From the NCBI GenBank assembly GCA_905178155.1, contig CAJINV010000024.1, positions 141,601 to 178,972 on the forward strand: 37,372 nt of DNA, in the 5' to 3' direction. Below, piece after piece: positions 24,501 through 36,985 of the stretch. Numbering within the stretch: position 1 is the stretch's first letter; each line of letters opens with the position of its first letter. The stretch comes from Amoebophrya sp. A120 (Eukaryota > Protista > Dinoflagellata). The notes under the pieces are model-generated. The model was given only the letters and a program-made list of their open reading frames with translations. It was not told where the DNA came from and searched no databases. A program made the translations under genes and the position numbers.

Positions 24501-27500
24501 ATATACCGACGCAGGCTGGTATCAGAACCATCTGTCTGGTTTCCACATAGATGTGCTGGTCCGGGCCCGTGTCGAAACCAAAGATCATGTTGGTGCAGCG
24601 CGTGACGCGGTCCTCCCACTCGTCTATCGGAAGTTTTTGTTGTCACACGGAAAGCCCCCACCTGACACCACTCATTTCACTTTTGCTGATCGGAGACATT
24701 CTTAAATTACATTGCAGTCCATCTTCCACAGTGCTGTGGCGAGGATCAATATATTTATATTCCTAAAGTTTGTTGTTGTTCGCAATGCAAACCCCGTCTC
24801 TTTTTCTCATGAGCGCGGCTCTCGGTTGATTAGCTTTGGCCGTATTATCAGGTGCGTATCATCTTGTACAGCTGCATTCGTTTGGGTATGGGAGTCACTA
24901 ACAATAGATGGTGTCCCAGCGGCTACATTTTTCCGTCTGATAAATCTGCGAGATAAGCAATTTCCCGGAGCACCTTTGTCGGACTGAATCCTTGGGCGTG
25001 CGTGAACCCTCCATTGTGCAAGGGCAAGTCCTCAAGGCGGGGACCCAGTTTAGAAATCAAGTGTCGCAAAATGCGTTCCGTGTCCATTAGGTATCCGCCC
25101 CTCCGCCTGCGGAGGTGGTTGCGAAAGGACAAGAAAAAGTTGTCGTACAGGTTTGTGCCGAGCTCCTGTTGCAGCCACTCCAAAGATGCGTTGGCTCTAG
25201 GGTCCGTCCTCTTCTGTTGTTCCTCGGATTCGGTACTAGATGAGCTACTGCTAGAACTGGTGGACGCGGAGCCAGAGTCTTCGTCATCACCGGACACCTC
25301 CGCAAGCTCTTCTGCGTCGAGCTCATCTGGAGCAGGCTCTGAAAAGCTAATCTGCACGCTGCTGGCCTCCAACTTCTTTTCAGGAATTTCACGGTAACCC
25401 CCGATTGTCAATACGTCGGCTCGCTGCTCCCATTTTGTTTTGTCTGTAGAGTGTAGCCGAAGCCTGCTACCGCTCCGCGCGGAGGGAGGGTCGAACACCA
25501 GCGCCTTCTTCGCCCCTTCGCTTCCTGGCGATTTTGTTCGAGATCGCCGTACGGCCCTGCCAGAGTCGCGCTGGCTGACATTACTCAAGGTGGCTTTACT
25601 AGCACCACTGCGACCGGAAGACATTCCTGTCCTTGGCGGGCCTCCTGAACTGCGGCCCGCGGTCCCTGTACTTCCTTGGGCTGCCTTTGGGAAAAGGGAG
25701 GCTGGAGGCTTGGTCAGCTGCCCAACCACCATGGTGGGGGCATTAGCAGTCTCCGCTGGTGTAGTGAGAGCTCGTTCCCGATTAAGAATGTCCGTTGTGC
25801 CGGCGAACATTTCTGCGATGCTTCCAATCGTGTCTCTTTTAGCTGCGACGCGCCCACCAACATCCTCTGACGCAGGGGATTTCCTCCACGCCAAGATATT
25901 TTCAAACACGGCAGCAACGTGCACAGCCACGCCTCTACAACTACTGCCTTCTCCATTTTCGCTCGCAAGTAACGCGAGTTGGTGAAGCAGGGCACTGGCC
26001 ACAAACAGCTTCCCCGGCGACAATTCTACGTCGCCGCGCTTCCAGGTTGCAATCGTCAAAACGCCGTCATTCTTTGCACTGCGGGCAATCAGGGCAAGCT
26101 GATTCCATATTTGTGTTGAAATCGAGAAGTCAAATGATCAATAAAAAGGATACTGAACTCCTTAACCTTATGCAGTAGGATGGTCCAACAATAACAAAAA
26201 GGAAGTAATGATGCAAAAAACAAAAAAGGTGAACGCGCACACAGTGACAAGTTCATTTTTTCAGTATCACTATCAGATCAATCTAGGCCTAAAAAATAAA
26301 ACTGGCAGGCAGTTCATCATAGTTAAAAGAACAACTGGTACGTAGTAGACGAGCAGACTGCTCTTATCGTGGACTTAAACCAGTCTTAATAGTAACAGAA
26401 TGCACTCAAGTCCAGCTGCAATGAAAGAGAACAGACAACTACAGCCTTGGCGAAATGAGACTGGAAAGTATATACCTGGTCGCCCTCCTCCTCCTGCAGC
26501 AACGGTTCCTGCCCTGCAAAGCGCTTCAGCCCACGAACAAAAAGATAGCTGTCTGTGAATAAGAGCCCCAGCCTTGGTGCTGCATTTGCAATGGCCATTC
26601 GGATACTTTCTCCGAAATCAAGCCTCTGCTGCCTTCGCGCCAGCTGCTTTCTGTTCCACCATCCGCCTACCTCTGATCCAGGTTTATCAGCCCCAACTAC
26701 CACGACGCCCAAAAAGGTAAGCGATGCGTTCTCCTTGGGCCCAGGGCGCCGAGCTCCCGAGCTTTGTGCACCGCCTGACTGCGCCACAGAATGCCGACTG
26801 CGCGCAGCGCTGCCGCGAGATGATGGAGCCGTCTTTCTTTTGGCAGGGCCGGGCTTTCGTTTTCTGCCATCGCCGGGCTGATCATCGTCTTCATCATCGT
26901 CGGGCAAGAAGTCGTCTACTCCACCGTCATCATTACCATCCGAGAAGGAACCTGTCATTATCGTGCTTTTGCAGTCTGTTAAGATTGTTTCCTGGCATAT
27001 TTTGCCAGAAGCGGAGCCTTCTGTCGCATTGATTCTACCATAAAAACACCATGCGGAGTCGAAGTCGACGTGCCTGCGACCTTGCAATGCAATTAAACAA
27101 AGCGTTTGACCACTACATGCATTGCGTCTAAAGCTACTAAATTCTAAGAAAGAAAATATCTGCGTCAGAATAAAAAAACATTTCACAACTAGGAATGTCG
27201 CAGGAAAAAGAGCACTGGCACAAACCTGGTTCTGGCACTGTTCCAAACCCAAGCCGCAAAGCCAGAAAGCGCGACTGAGGCTCGACGCTTCTCTCGAGAG
27301 CCAACTGCTCTGAGAATGCTTGTGTGAGGCCACGCCGAATTTTGGCCATGCTAATCACCTGGTTTGCAGCTAGATTTGCTATTCCTGGTTCGAAAAAGGA
27401 GAAGCTTCTGCCGTCACCAAGAAGAATAGCCGGTGTGGTTATCTGACCTCCTGGCTGTGACGCGTACTCCGAGTGACGCTCAAACCGTGCCCTGGTGAGG

Positions 27501-29214
27501 TTTCCTGTAGACGGAAGCGGCACGTATCCCCGGATTCGATCCGCATTTTCCTTGTAGGCACGCAGTGCAGCACGGACTGGCAAATACACATTCTTGAAGC
27601 TTCGAGGCATAAAAATAGGGAAGGCCGGCACAATAACCAAGAAGTGCGGCCTTCTGGTCTCCTCTTGAGTATTCCCATTCCCGATGGACACACCAAGCTG
27701 CACAAATTCTACGTCCTGCGAAGGAGCATTGCCTGATATTTTTTGCTCGGTCACTTCGCTACATTTGTGCGGACAAATTACTTAATCCTTCGAAAATGTT
27801 CGAAGGCTACACAGAACGGTCATTATAGAAAAAAAGAATGAATAAAACGGAGCTTCGCTGTGCTTTTGCGACTACGAAGCAAAGCAAGAAATGTATGCGT
27901 ATAGTGCTCAGGAGCGGGTCGCGTCTTCCACCTCTTTTGGGTGTTGAAAAGATACAACTACACGATCTAATCGCCGACTTGGACTTCTCTGGATCTTGAC
28001 CTTCGCCTTTCCTCTACAGGCCTGAACGTCTATACGGCAGTAAGTACCAGTAGAAGAGCAGGGGTTCGGCACTAAGTTAGTGATAGCTTTGGGAAATACC
28101 AGAACGAGTACCTCCAACGGGTGCTGGTGCTGTGCTGGGGTCTTTGCAGACGTCTTTTGCATTCTGGAGCGCCTTGAAAACGAAGGTGTTGGAATTGAGA
28201 ATTTCCGCTCCGCGATCTTTTTTAAAAACGACCGTGCCGACATCAGTGGCCCCATCGGAGTCGCTACCTGTGCCGACGTACATGACATGCACAAGACGGC
28301 AATGCCGCAGTTTCTTTTTCCGCGCTTGCACCTCCACTGAGTCACTGCGTTTAATCTCCAACAGCAGCTCGCTTTTCCACTCTGCAAAACGGCTTGAATC
28401 ATGAAGCGCATCATCTGTAGTGTAATAAAATTGAATTTCTTCCAAAAATGCACTTGGTCATCTAGACAAAGACACTATCACTTCTCAGCTGGCACGCAGC
28501 GAGCACCACTACAACCAAAAAGACTAAGCGATACTATTTTTCGTCAACTTTGGTCTAAAAAGTTCTAAGTCTTGCAGTCCGGGTCAGAAAGATAAAAAAC
28601 CAAAATCGGCGAAAGCACGCCGAATGAATAATACTCATGCAGGCAGGGAGCAGGATCATCTGCTGCGCTGCAATCGGAAAGTTGTCGTCGAATTTAATGA
28701 TCATCTGGTGACATTCCGTAAGGGCGGCTTTCCACGACTCCTGCGGTGCCCATGCGCGTAGTCTCACGATGTTTCTGAGTACTCGCTCCGGCTGCACGTC
28801 AAGCCCATTGTCCCAAGGAACTAGCGCGTTTTCCATCTCTTCACCCTGCAACGACGCCAGTTCGTGGCCCAAGACTTCGAACAAATCGACCATGACTCTG
28901 TCGGCATCGGCAGAAGACAGGCCCAAGCCATTGTTGTTGCGCGACGCCCGTAGTGTTTCAGCCCTCAACCGATCAAAAACATTCATGTATGTTTCGCAGT
29001 TCGTGCACTTTCCTGTATGCCCTCTCCTTGCCAGAAGTTTCCATGATGACGGTGTTGTGGAAGACCTTGCCTCACCCTGCCCGCCGGTGGGATCTGGACC
29101 GCTACCACGGAAGCCAGAGGACGACGACGCAAGCACGAATGTGCTTACCGAGGAGAAGCAAAAAAATGCCCCCCAGCATTTCCAAATACGAGGCACCGAG
29201 AAATAAGAGATCAT
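20667..29214 (-). CDS. Putative single long multi-exon gene (signal peptide, two copies of an unknown domain, low-complexity linker, transmembrane segment, tail)
   Basis: Phase-compatible GT-AG joins can be built: 29214-28635, 28414(or 28381)-28100, 27732-27226, 27080-26476, about 26075-24944, 24639-24507, 24255-24049, 23787-23053, 22847-21799, 21584-20667. The 24944/24639 join is non-canonical. The 26476/26075 and 21799/21584 joins are the weakest. May be two or more genes. Confidence 0.4.
21760..23787 (-). CDS. Two exons (23787-23053, 22847-about 21799): globular segment, then Arg/Ser/Pro-rich region with repeats and a hydrophobic helix
   Basis: Strong donor CGAG|GTAAGA at 23052 and acceptor TTTGCAG| at 22848 join the two long ORFs in frame. 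Hydrophobic stretch FIAAVALLAVIAAFAIA. Confidence 0.65.
22423..22539. repeat. 63-bp coding tandem duplication (RSPSPP.RPSAR.TR.G x2)
   Basis: Units start at 22423 and 22486. Confidence 0.85.
24049..26059 (-). CDS. Family-2 domain, copy 2 (exons ...-24944, 24639-24507, 24255-24049)
   Basis: Manual translation: DTERILRHLISKLGPRLEDL...PTKVLREIAYL / LPIDEWEDRVTRCTNMIFGFD...QMVLIPACV / KKSRYCRLLHVMY...AFRDAADVC aligns with copy 1. Confidence 0.75.
24640..24943 (-). other. Non-canonical intron with terminal inverted repeats (introner-like); exact borders uncertain by a few nt
   Basis: ttgtcacacggaaa (24640-24653) and tttccgtctgataa (24930-24943) are 12/14 complementary. Removal restores homology with the uninterrupted paralogue. 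The nearest AG acceptor leaves an in-frame TGA. Confidence 0.65.
26476..27732 (-). CDS. Two probable internal exons (27732-27226, 27080-26476) of unknown function
   Basis: Long ORFs with phase-1 compatible CCAG|GTTTGT and CAAG|GTCGC sites. Acidic patch followed by a basic NLS-like RKRKPGPAKRK. Confidence 0.5.
28100..29214 (-). CDS. Family-2 domain, copy 1, with N-terminal signal-peptide-like leader
   Basis: ATG at 29214 and leader WGAFFCFSSVSTFVLA. QMILLPACM is followed by a phase-1 GT donor at 28634, the same position as in copy 2. The next exon has KKLRHCRLVHVMY...ALQNAKDVC. Confidence 0.75.
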
Positions 29215-30890
29215 CTTTCGTGCGGGGAATGCTACTTACTGGCTCGTCCTCAACGCGACTTCGACAAACTTCTCTGTCGTTGGCAAAAAGTAAAAGATAA
29301 AAAGCAGGACCAAGAAGTGTAGATATACCAGGCAGTGCAACTCTTTCAGATAACCACAGCCAAAGGCCTACCAACACGCGTACAATGTAGGTATATGTAT
29401 GCTGGTCCTTTTGTACGAAATTGACGACCGGTTGGCCACAAGCTGCTATGACTTACGGCTAGGAATATAGGGTCAACAACAACAAAATCCTGTCGGCAAT
29501 ATTGGAAAAATTTTTTTACCTGGAAACAAAATAAGTAATACCACCGACGAGGCCCACCATACATCGAGCGCTTCTATTTTGAGGGAAAGCGGGATCATCC
29601 AGAGGACTTCATTTTGGGGTTCAAAAAGTCATGCAGTTTGCTCAGTCTGGCTCTGGCATCACTCCCGCGTTCTATGTTCTTGCTTCGGCTTCGGCGATAG
29701 GATCCGAATTCTCATTTTTTCAATTTGATGGATCCAACGACGTTTCGCTGCTGTCCGACACCGACTGCTTGCGCAAGAGCTTTATCATTCCAAAAACGAC
29801 GAGATCAGATCCGGTGTCATTTTTACTCTTTTCGAGGACCACAATTTTCTGGAAGACCAAGATTTTTGGACGACCTATTGTTCATTTCACTTCTCTTCAA
29901 AAGTTCTAGGGTTAATATTATAGTAGATTGCTCTTGCACTTGCACATGAGAGATATCGAATTGAAATCACATAGGATCTTCTAGGGCTTCGCACCTTTGA
30001 TGCCATGCCTGAGCACGAAAAGAAAGAAAGTGCGATCGGATAACTTTGATTTCTTTCATCGATTACCCTCCTCACAACTCAGTTCTAAAGCTACCACGCA
30101 AGACGAAGACCTTCCTGTAGTGTCTATTTCTTTTTATGTGCCATGTCGCTCGATGCCTTGCATTTTCTTGCAGGAATCCGATGCGCTCTGTCTGAGCAGT
30201 CGCAGGGTAGCGCGGCCGAGTGTTCAACATCGTTACGAGTGACAGTTTACAACCCAGACCCAGCATTAGCGCAACGTTTGGTCAGGATTTGTTGAGCCAG
30301 CGCTGCGCCTGCTGGTTCAAAAAATCGTCAAACCCGCGGTCGTACGCAAGCGCATGCGCAATCCCTTCGTCGGATATCAAATAAATCATGCACGAGTTGT
30401 TCCACTTCCAGCTCAACAAATATAGTACAATCATCGTACAGAAGATCAAGATCTACGTGATGTGCGCGCTTAGACACTGGCATCGGCTTCTCGTCCGATT
30501 TGTGAATCGAGCAAAAAGTCGTGCCTCCATGTGCTACTGCCGGCACCTCTTTTTGGGTATAGTCAACGTCGACGTCCCTGCTGCCACGTCAGGCAATCCA
30601 AAATTCATAGCACACATTTATCTAGTATTGGCACGGGAGAAGGTTTTATGATCTTTATTTACAACCATTTGCCGACTTGCTGTTGCGAACGAAAAAAGAA
30701 TATAAAGTAGTTGGTCCGGGTACGCTGGTCCTCAGCATCGAAAGCAAATTCACGAATCCTAAAATTAAAAATCCTACAGTACAAACATACGATCGCTGGG
30801 CATGTAAAACCAAACTTATTCAAAGAGTCATTTTTGCGATATTACAAAGGCTTAGCAGTCAGTCTACAGCGACCTGTCCATATTCACATC

Positions 30891-32871
30891 CTAGAACTCG
30901 TAATCGATCTTCGATGGCCGCGAAACGAGATAACGTTCTGGATTGTCCGCCAACATTTTCGGGAGAGGAGCTGCGCGTCGACCTGGAATTTTCCGGTACT
31001 TCGGAAGATTTCGGAGACGCTTGGCATGGAATGTCCTCCAATCCCACTGAAACTGATCATATGACCAGCGCAAATCCAATCCGTCAGATCCTGCGCGCCA
31101 CTTGCGCGCAAATTTGCGAAATAGCTTGCGGAAAAACGGGTACCAATTTTCGTCTAAAGGGTCCTTGCTGACAAACTCGTTCCACCTGAAGCTATCCTCC
31201 TCCAATTTTGGGCTGAGGCAGTAACCTGTAGAAAAAATTATTAAATGTTCATTCTTTGTAGCTGACACACATTGAATTGAGAAAGCCAAATCTTTGAAAC
31301 ACAAAACGCTTCTTGCCCGAAGTCGTAACTGTATCAAGGTGAGTACACCTGATGCTGATTCGAAATACTTCCTTATTAAAGTAAGTACCATGCTTCAGGG
31401 GAAATTTCATCGTCCGGTAAAAATGACGATAGTTTTGGAAAAGCAACTCCGTTGCCATTCCAAGCCGGCAACGCGATTCTAGTACCCCACGGTGTCGTCG
31501 GTTCCGGGCCATATTCACAGGCCTTGCGAAGTCAGCCGGAACGACCGGGAGTCCATCTTCCGGCTTGCTATTTTCCTCGAAGAATGCATGTGCCACCGGA
31601 GCATTCCAAACCACAACACTTCTGTCCCGCCTCGCTGATTTTCGGGGCCGGCTGACCCTGGCACTGCGGGTCGTGCTGATGGGCAAAGTCGACTCGTGAA
31701 AAAAGTCAAGCACTTCACGAAAAAAAGCTTTGTCGCTTTTGTGGCATCCCGCCTCCAGTTTTTCAGAACTATACACAGGAGGAATGTCCAGCGACACAGA
31801 GCCAGAGGTCTCGTACGCCGTTGCGGGATTGCACGTCTCTCTCACCATGGTCATGAGGAATCGTACCTGAGATGTGTTGATTGAGCTCTCGACGATGCAA
31901 TAATAAAAGTGAGTGCTCCTGTTGACGCCTTGGAGAAAAACGAGCGATCAACTTTTCGAAGGATGGCAGTATACACGCAAAGTTGATGATCAAGCAGAGA
32001 TACAGGTCGTGACAGACTAGGCGCAAGTCATTTTTTTACGCACACCTTCCATTCTTTGGAAGCATATTATGTCCACGTAATTTTTAATCGGTTGCGCGTG
32101 GAGGTCAAGGTCTGCAAATCGCGTATATTAAAAAGTACTTCCTAGTGCTGTTTAAGTAGTGAATGAGTACTAGTTTCTCAAACGTCGCACTTCCTCTTCC
32201 TTCGAAAAAAATATTGGTATAATTACGCTCCAGTCCGTTTCATCCGGCGCAACCCGTTTCCCGCCCTCTTCTCGCGGTCTCTCAACTTGTTCTTGGAATT
32301 TTTGCAAATAGTCTGCTCCCAAATCCACAGTTGTGTTCCAGTAATCGCGCGGCATCCTTTTGCCTACTCTTTCGCGGAGAACATCCAAGTAGAGGTCTTC
32401 GCAGCTGGCCGTGCGGCTTTCGAGGGACCTGCCCTCTTCTTGTTGCGCTTGCGCAGTGGCAGCAATCTTTGCTCCAAGTGCGTCTGCTTGAGAGGTCCCC
32501 TTGCTCGTTTGCAGAATCGCGGCTGCATCGCTCGTAGACAGGAAGCTGAGAATTCCGCTGTTCTCATTCAAGAGGCCGGTATGCCCAGACAGTAGTATAC
32601 CAGGTTCAACGTCCTTGATGTCGCCTAAAAGATTTCTTGTGCGGTGTGACGACTCGGCGAAAGCCGGGCACGGGCTACCCGGGTGCTCATCTCCACGTTT
32701 GCACGGATGTCCCGCTGATGCCTCCAGATGACTGCGCTCCCCCCGCGAAGACGAGGAGGAATTCGCTTTGTTGCGAATGCTTTGGTCGTCGACTGCAACC
32801 GCGTATACGCTGTTCAACAATCCACATAAAAGGAGGCACAGAGCCCCCACGTTTTCGCGTCGAGCGTTCAT
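30891..32871 (-). CDS. Secreted-protein family 1, copy D (exons 32871-32227, 31866-31389, 31225-30891)
   Basis: Leader ALCLLLCGLLNSVYAVA. Conserved intron positions (DWS|VRFLMTM; KHG|YCL). Closest to copy C in exons 2-3 (PLDENWYPFFRK.FRKFA.KWR.GSDG). Confidence 0.85.
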
Positions 32872-33939
32872 TCTTGAGCAGGGTTGGATATCCTGTTTTG
32901 GAAAGTCAACCTCGGGAGCTTCGGACTACATTTACACCATTAAGGAACGGAAGTGCGTCGAACGACTTCAGGGCAGCTTTCGTCTTCATACCAAAGAATG
33001 TTTTGATTTATGTTTCTCCTGCGCGATAGACAAGATTCGCAGTGAAGTTCTAATGACAAACAATCTACAACCACTATTCAGAAATACAGCTCGTAATAGA
33101 GGGCAACACTATTATACAAATGCAAAAAACGGAAACAGAGTCATCATCATACAAATGTATCAGCCTTAAATTTCCGATAAAAAAAAATATTCAAAATCAT
33201 ACAACAACGCTACGTGTGTGAACTTCTAGTTTTATGCTATCTTGCTACCTTGGTACAACTACAGGCGGCGTCCGCTAGTTTTTTCTCCATATGCCTCTGC
33301 TTCATGTTGTGTAGGGTAATGTCAGTAAAACAAAAGGCCTCCTGAACGACTCATATGATTATAACCTTGATCTTATTCTTTGGTTCTGGTATTCATCCAT
33401 ACTCGTAGCGATCGCTCAATTTCAGCATAGGAGCTCAGAGAACTACGTTCCTCAAAAAAGTCTGCAACTGACCAATCTACAACTTTAATTCATCCTGAAC
33501 TTCGTCATCGAAAATGCGTTCGGGTCTCGTTTCTAAAACGAACATAATCCAATCTTGGATTTGGATATCGATTCTTGATCAGGAAGAAAATGCGGTGGCG
33601 TGTAAGCTTCCATCTTAGTTCGAAGTCAGGTCTTTGTTCTCTTGCACAGGTCGTCTTCGTCTGCCGTGAATTTTACAATGTTCGGTTGTTGAAGATATTC
33701 TTTCAAGGTTAACTTCAAGGCACTGCTTTGATATATAAGTCCCAGGTGTGTAGTTTATGTACGGTGTCGCTCCACGTCACTTAGCCGCTAGTTCTCGTCG
33801 CTGCAACAAGCTAAAGTTGGTATGGTGCTCTGGCCCGCAATGCAGCACCATGAAACAAGGCCTCCAATTATTGGTAGTGAATTTCTCCGACTAGATATTT
33901 GGGCGGAATAGATCAAAAATAGATTGGCCGCCAAGCTAC

Positions 33940-36730
33940 GAGCATAGCGCGGCGCCTGGAAAAAAGATTGCTCCGGCCCGCGAAAGTTGGCCCAAACACC
34001 ACGGCATTCTCTTACCTGGGCTGTCAGGTTCTGGGGCCAGGAAAGAGAGCAGCGCGGTGCTTGTGGTGCGAAAACGTCTTGGCCCGGGAGGGTGGCCAGA
34101 TAAGGAGGATGATCTTGAAGCACAAGCAGCACGCTGTGCTCTTCCCGGGGCCTCTAGGCTTTGAGGCCCGGTAAGAGCATAGCGTGGCGCTTGGAAAAAA
34201 AGACAGCATCGGCCCAAAAAAAATTCGTCCAAACACCGCGGCACCCTCTTACCTGGGTTGCCGGGTTTGGGGGCCAGGTAAGAGAGCAGTGTGGTGCTTG
34301 GGATGCGAAAACGTCCTGGCCTGAGGAGGTGGCCAGAGGAAAAAGACACTCTTGAAGCACAAGCGCCATGCTGTGCTCTTACCTGGGCCTCCAAACTTTG
34401 AGGCCAGGTGAGATCCTATCATGGCGCTTGGAAGGAAAAAAGGCCGCGTCGGCCCAAAAAAAGTTGGCCCAAACACCACGGCACTCTCTTACCTGGCCTT
34501 CCAGGAAAGAGAGCAGCGTGGTGTTTGGGATGCGAAAACGTCCTGGCCTGAAGAGCGGAGGTGGCCAGATGAAAGAGACACCCTTGAAGCACAAGGCCGC
34601 GCTGTGCTCTTACCTGGGCCTCCAGACTTTGAGGCCCGGTATGAGCATAGCATTGCGATTGGAAGGAAAAAAGACCGCATCGGCCCAAAAAAAGTTGGCC
34701 CAAACACCACGGCACCCTCTTACCTGGCCTGCCAAGTTTTGGCGCCAGGTAAGAGCATTCATAGCGTGGCGCTTGGAAGGAAAAAAGGCCCCGTCGGCCC
34801 AAAAAGAGTTGGCCCAAACACCGCAGCACTCTCTTACCCGGCCCTCCAAGTTTTGGGGCCAGGTAAGAGAGCAGCGTGGTGTTTGGGATGCGAAAATGTC
34901 CTGGCCTGAAGAGCGGAGGTGGCCAGATGAAAGAGACACTCTTGAAGCACAAGCGCCACACTGTGCTCTTACCTGGGCCTCCACACTTTGAGGCCCGGTA
35001 AGAGGATAGCATTGCGACTGGAAGGAAAAAAGACCGCATCGGCCCAAAAAAAGTTGGCCCAAACACCACGGCACTCTCTTACCTGGACTTCCAAGTTTTG
35101 GCGCCAGGTAAGAGCATAGCGTGGCGCTTGGAAGGAAAAAAGGCCCCGTCGGCCCAAAAAAAGTTGGCCCAAACACCACGGCACTCTCTTACCCGGCGTT
35201 CCAAGTTTTGGGGCCAGGTAAGAGAGCAACGCGGTGCTTGGGATGCGAAAATGTCCTGGCCTGAAAAGCGGAGGTGGCCAGATGAAAGAGACACGCTTCA
35301 AGCACAAGCGCCACGCTGTGCTCTTACCTGGGCCTCCAGACTTTGAAGCCCGGTAAGAGCATAGCATTGCGATTGGAAGGAAAAAAGACCGCGCCGGCCC
35401 AAAAAAAGTTGGTCCAAACACCACGGCACTCTCTTACCCGGCCTGCCAAGTTTTGGCGCCAGGTAAGAGCATAGCGTGGCGCTTGGAAGGAAAGAAGGCC
35501 CCGTCGGCCCAAAAAAAGTTGGCCCAAACACCACGGCACTCTCTTACCTGGCCTTCCAATTTTTGGGGCCAGGTAAGAGAGCAACGTGGTGCTTGGGATG
35601 CGAAAACGTCCCTCCTGGCCCGCCCGAAGAGCGGAGGTGGCCAGGAGAAAGAGACACTTTTTTTAGCACCATCGCCATGCTGTGCTCTTACCTGGGCCTC
35701 CAGACTTTGAGGCCAGGTAAGAGCATAGCATGGCGCTTGGAAGGAAAAAAGGCCGCGCCAGCCGAAAAGAAGTTGGCCAAAACACCACGGCACCCTCTTA
35801 CCTGGCCTGGCAAATTTTTGGGCCAGGTAAGAGAGCAGCGTGGTGTTTGGGCTGCGAAAATGTCCTGGCCTGAGGAGGTGGCCAGGAGAAAGAGACACTT
35901 TTTGTAGCACAATCGCCCTGCTGTGCTCTTACCTGGGCCTCCAGACTTTGAGGCCAGGTAAGAGCATAGCATGGCGCTTGGAAGGAAAAAAGGCCGCGTC
36001 AACCGAAAAAAAGTTGGCCAAAACACCACAGCACTCTCTTACCCGGCCTGGCAAATTTTTGGGCCAGGTAAGAGGGCAGCGCGGTGTTTGGGATGCGAAA
36101 ATGTCCTGGCCTGAGGAGGTGGCCAGGAGAAAGAGACACTTTTTTTAGCACAATCGCCCTGCTGTGCTCTTCCCTGGGCCTCCAGACTTTGAGGCCAGGT
36201 AAGAGCATAGCATGGCGCTTGGAAGGAAAAAAGGTCGCGCCAGCCGAAAAAAAGTTGGCCCAAACACCACGGCACTCTCTTACCTGGCCTACCAAATTTT
36301 TGGGCCAGGTAAGAGAGCAGCGTGGTGCTTGGGATGCGAAAACGCCCTGGCCTGAGGAGGTGGCCAGGAGAAAGAGATGACACTTCTTTTAGCACAATCG
36401 CCCTGCTGTGCTCTTACCTGGGCCTCCAGACTTTGAGGCCCGGTAAGAGCATAGCAGTGCGATTGGAAGGAAAAAAGACCGCATCGGCCCAAAAAAAGTT
36501 GGCCCAAACACCACGGCACTCTCTTACCTGGCCTGCCAAGTTTTGGCGCCAGGTAAGAGCATAGCGTGGCGCTTGGAAATAAAAAAGGCCCCGTCGGCCC
36601 AAACAAAGTTGGCCCAAACACCACGGCACTCTGTTCCCTGGCCTTCCAAGTTTTGGGGCCAGGTAAGAGAGCAGCGTGGTGTTTGGGATGCGAAAATGTC
36701 CTGGCCTGAAGAGCGGAAGCGGCCAGATGA
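33940..36730 (+). repeat. Complex satellite of about 114-bp (A) and about 127-bp (B) subunits in AB/AAB higher-order units
   Basis: Marker g(a/c)tgcgaaaa recurs at 34302, 34529, 34887, 35242, 35597, 35851, 36092, 36333 and 36687 (spacings 227-254 or 354-358). Subunits are joined by ctcttacctgg...ccaggtaagag stems. Confidence 0.95.
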
Positions 36731-36739
36731 AATAGACAT

Positions 36740-36985
36740 TCTTTCGCAAACCATTTGCGAAAGATTTTTTGCGAAAGATTTTTTGCGAAAGATTTGCGAA
36801 ATATTTCGCAAAAAGCTTGCGAAAAAAATCGCAAAAGCGAAGGCGGGAACTTTTACTCAGGTAAGACCATACCATGCAGATTGGGCTATTTTCCTTGCCA
36901 CTTTTTTGCGCCTGGACGGGCGCCAAAAAAATCTATTTCAAATCTATTCCGGATCTATTTTCAATCTATTTTGAATCTATTTTGA
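36740..36985. repeat. AT-rich hinge: tttgcgaaa micro-repeats and five 11-bp-period atctatt repeats
   Basis: atctatt starts at 36931, 36942, 36953, 36964 and 36975. Confidence 0.85.

Noticed and set aside
28950-29010. Distant homology between family 2 (CETYMNVFDRLR) and family 1 (CEDLYIEVLRER)
   Set aside because: The similarity is limited to a few residues and downstream motifs do not align.
29600-30650. Possible small minus-strand exons between copy D and the family-2 gene
   Set aside because: Short ORFs without recognisable motifs or a consistent splice model.
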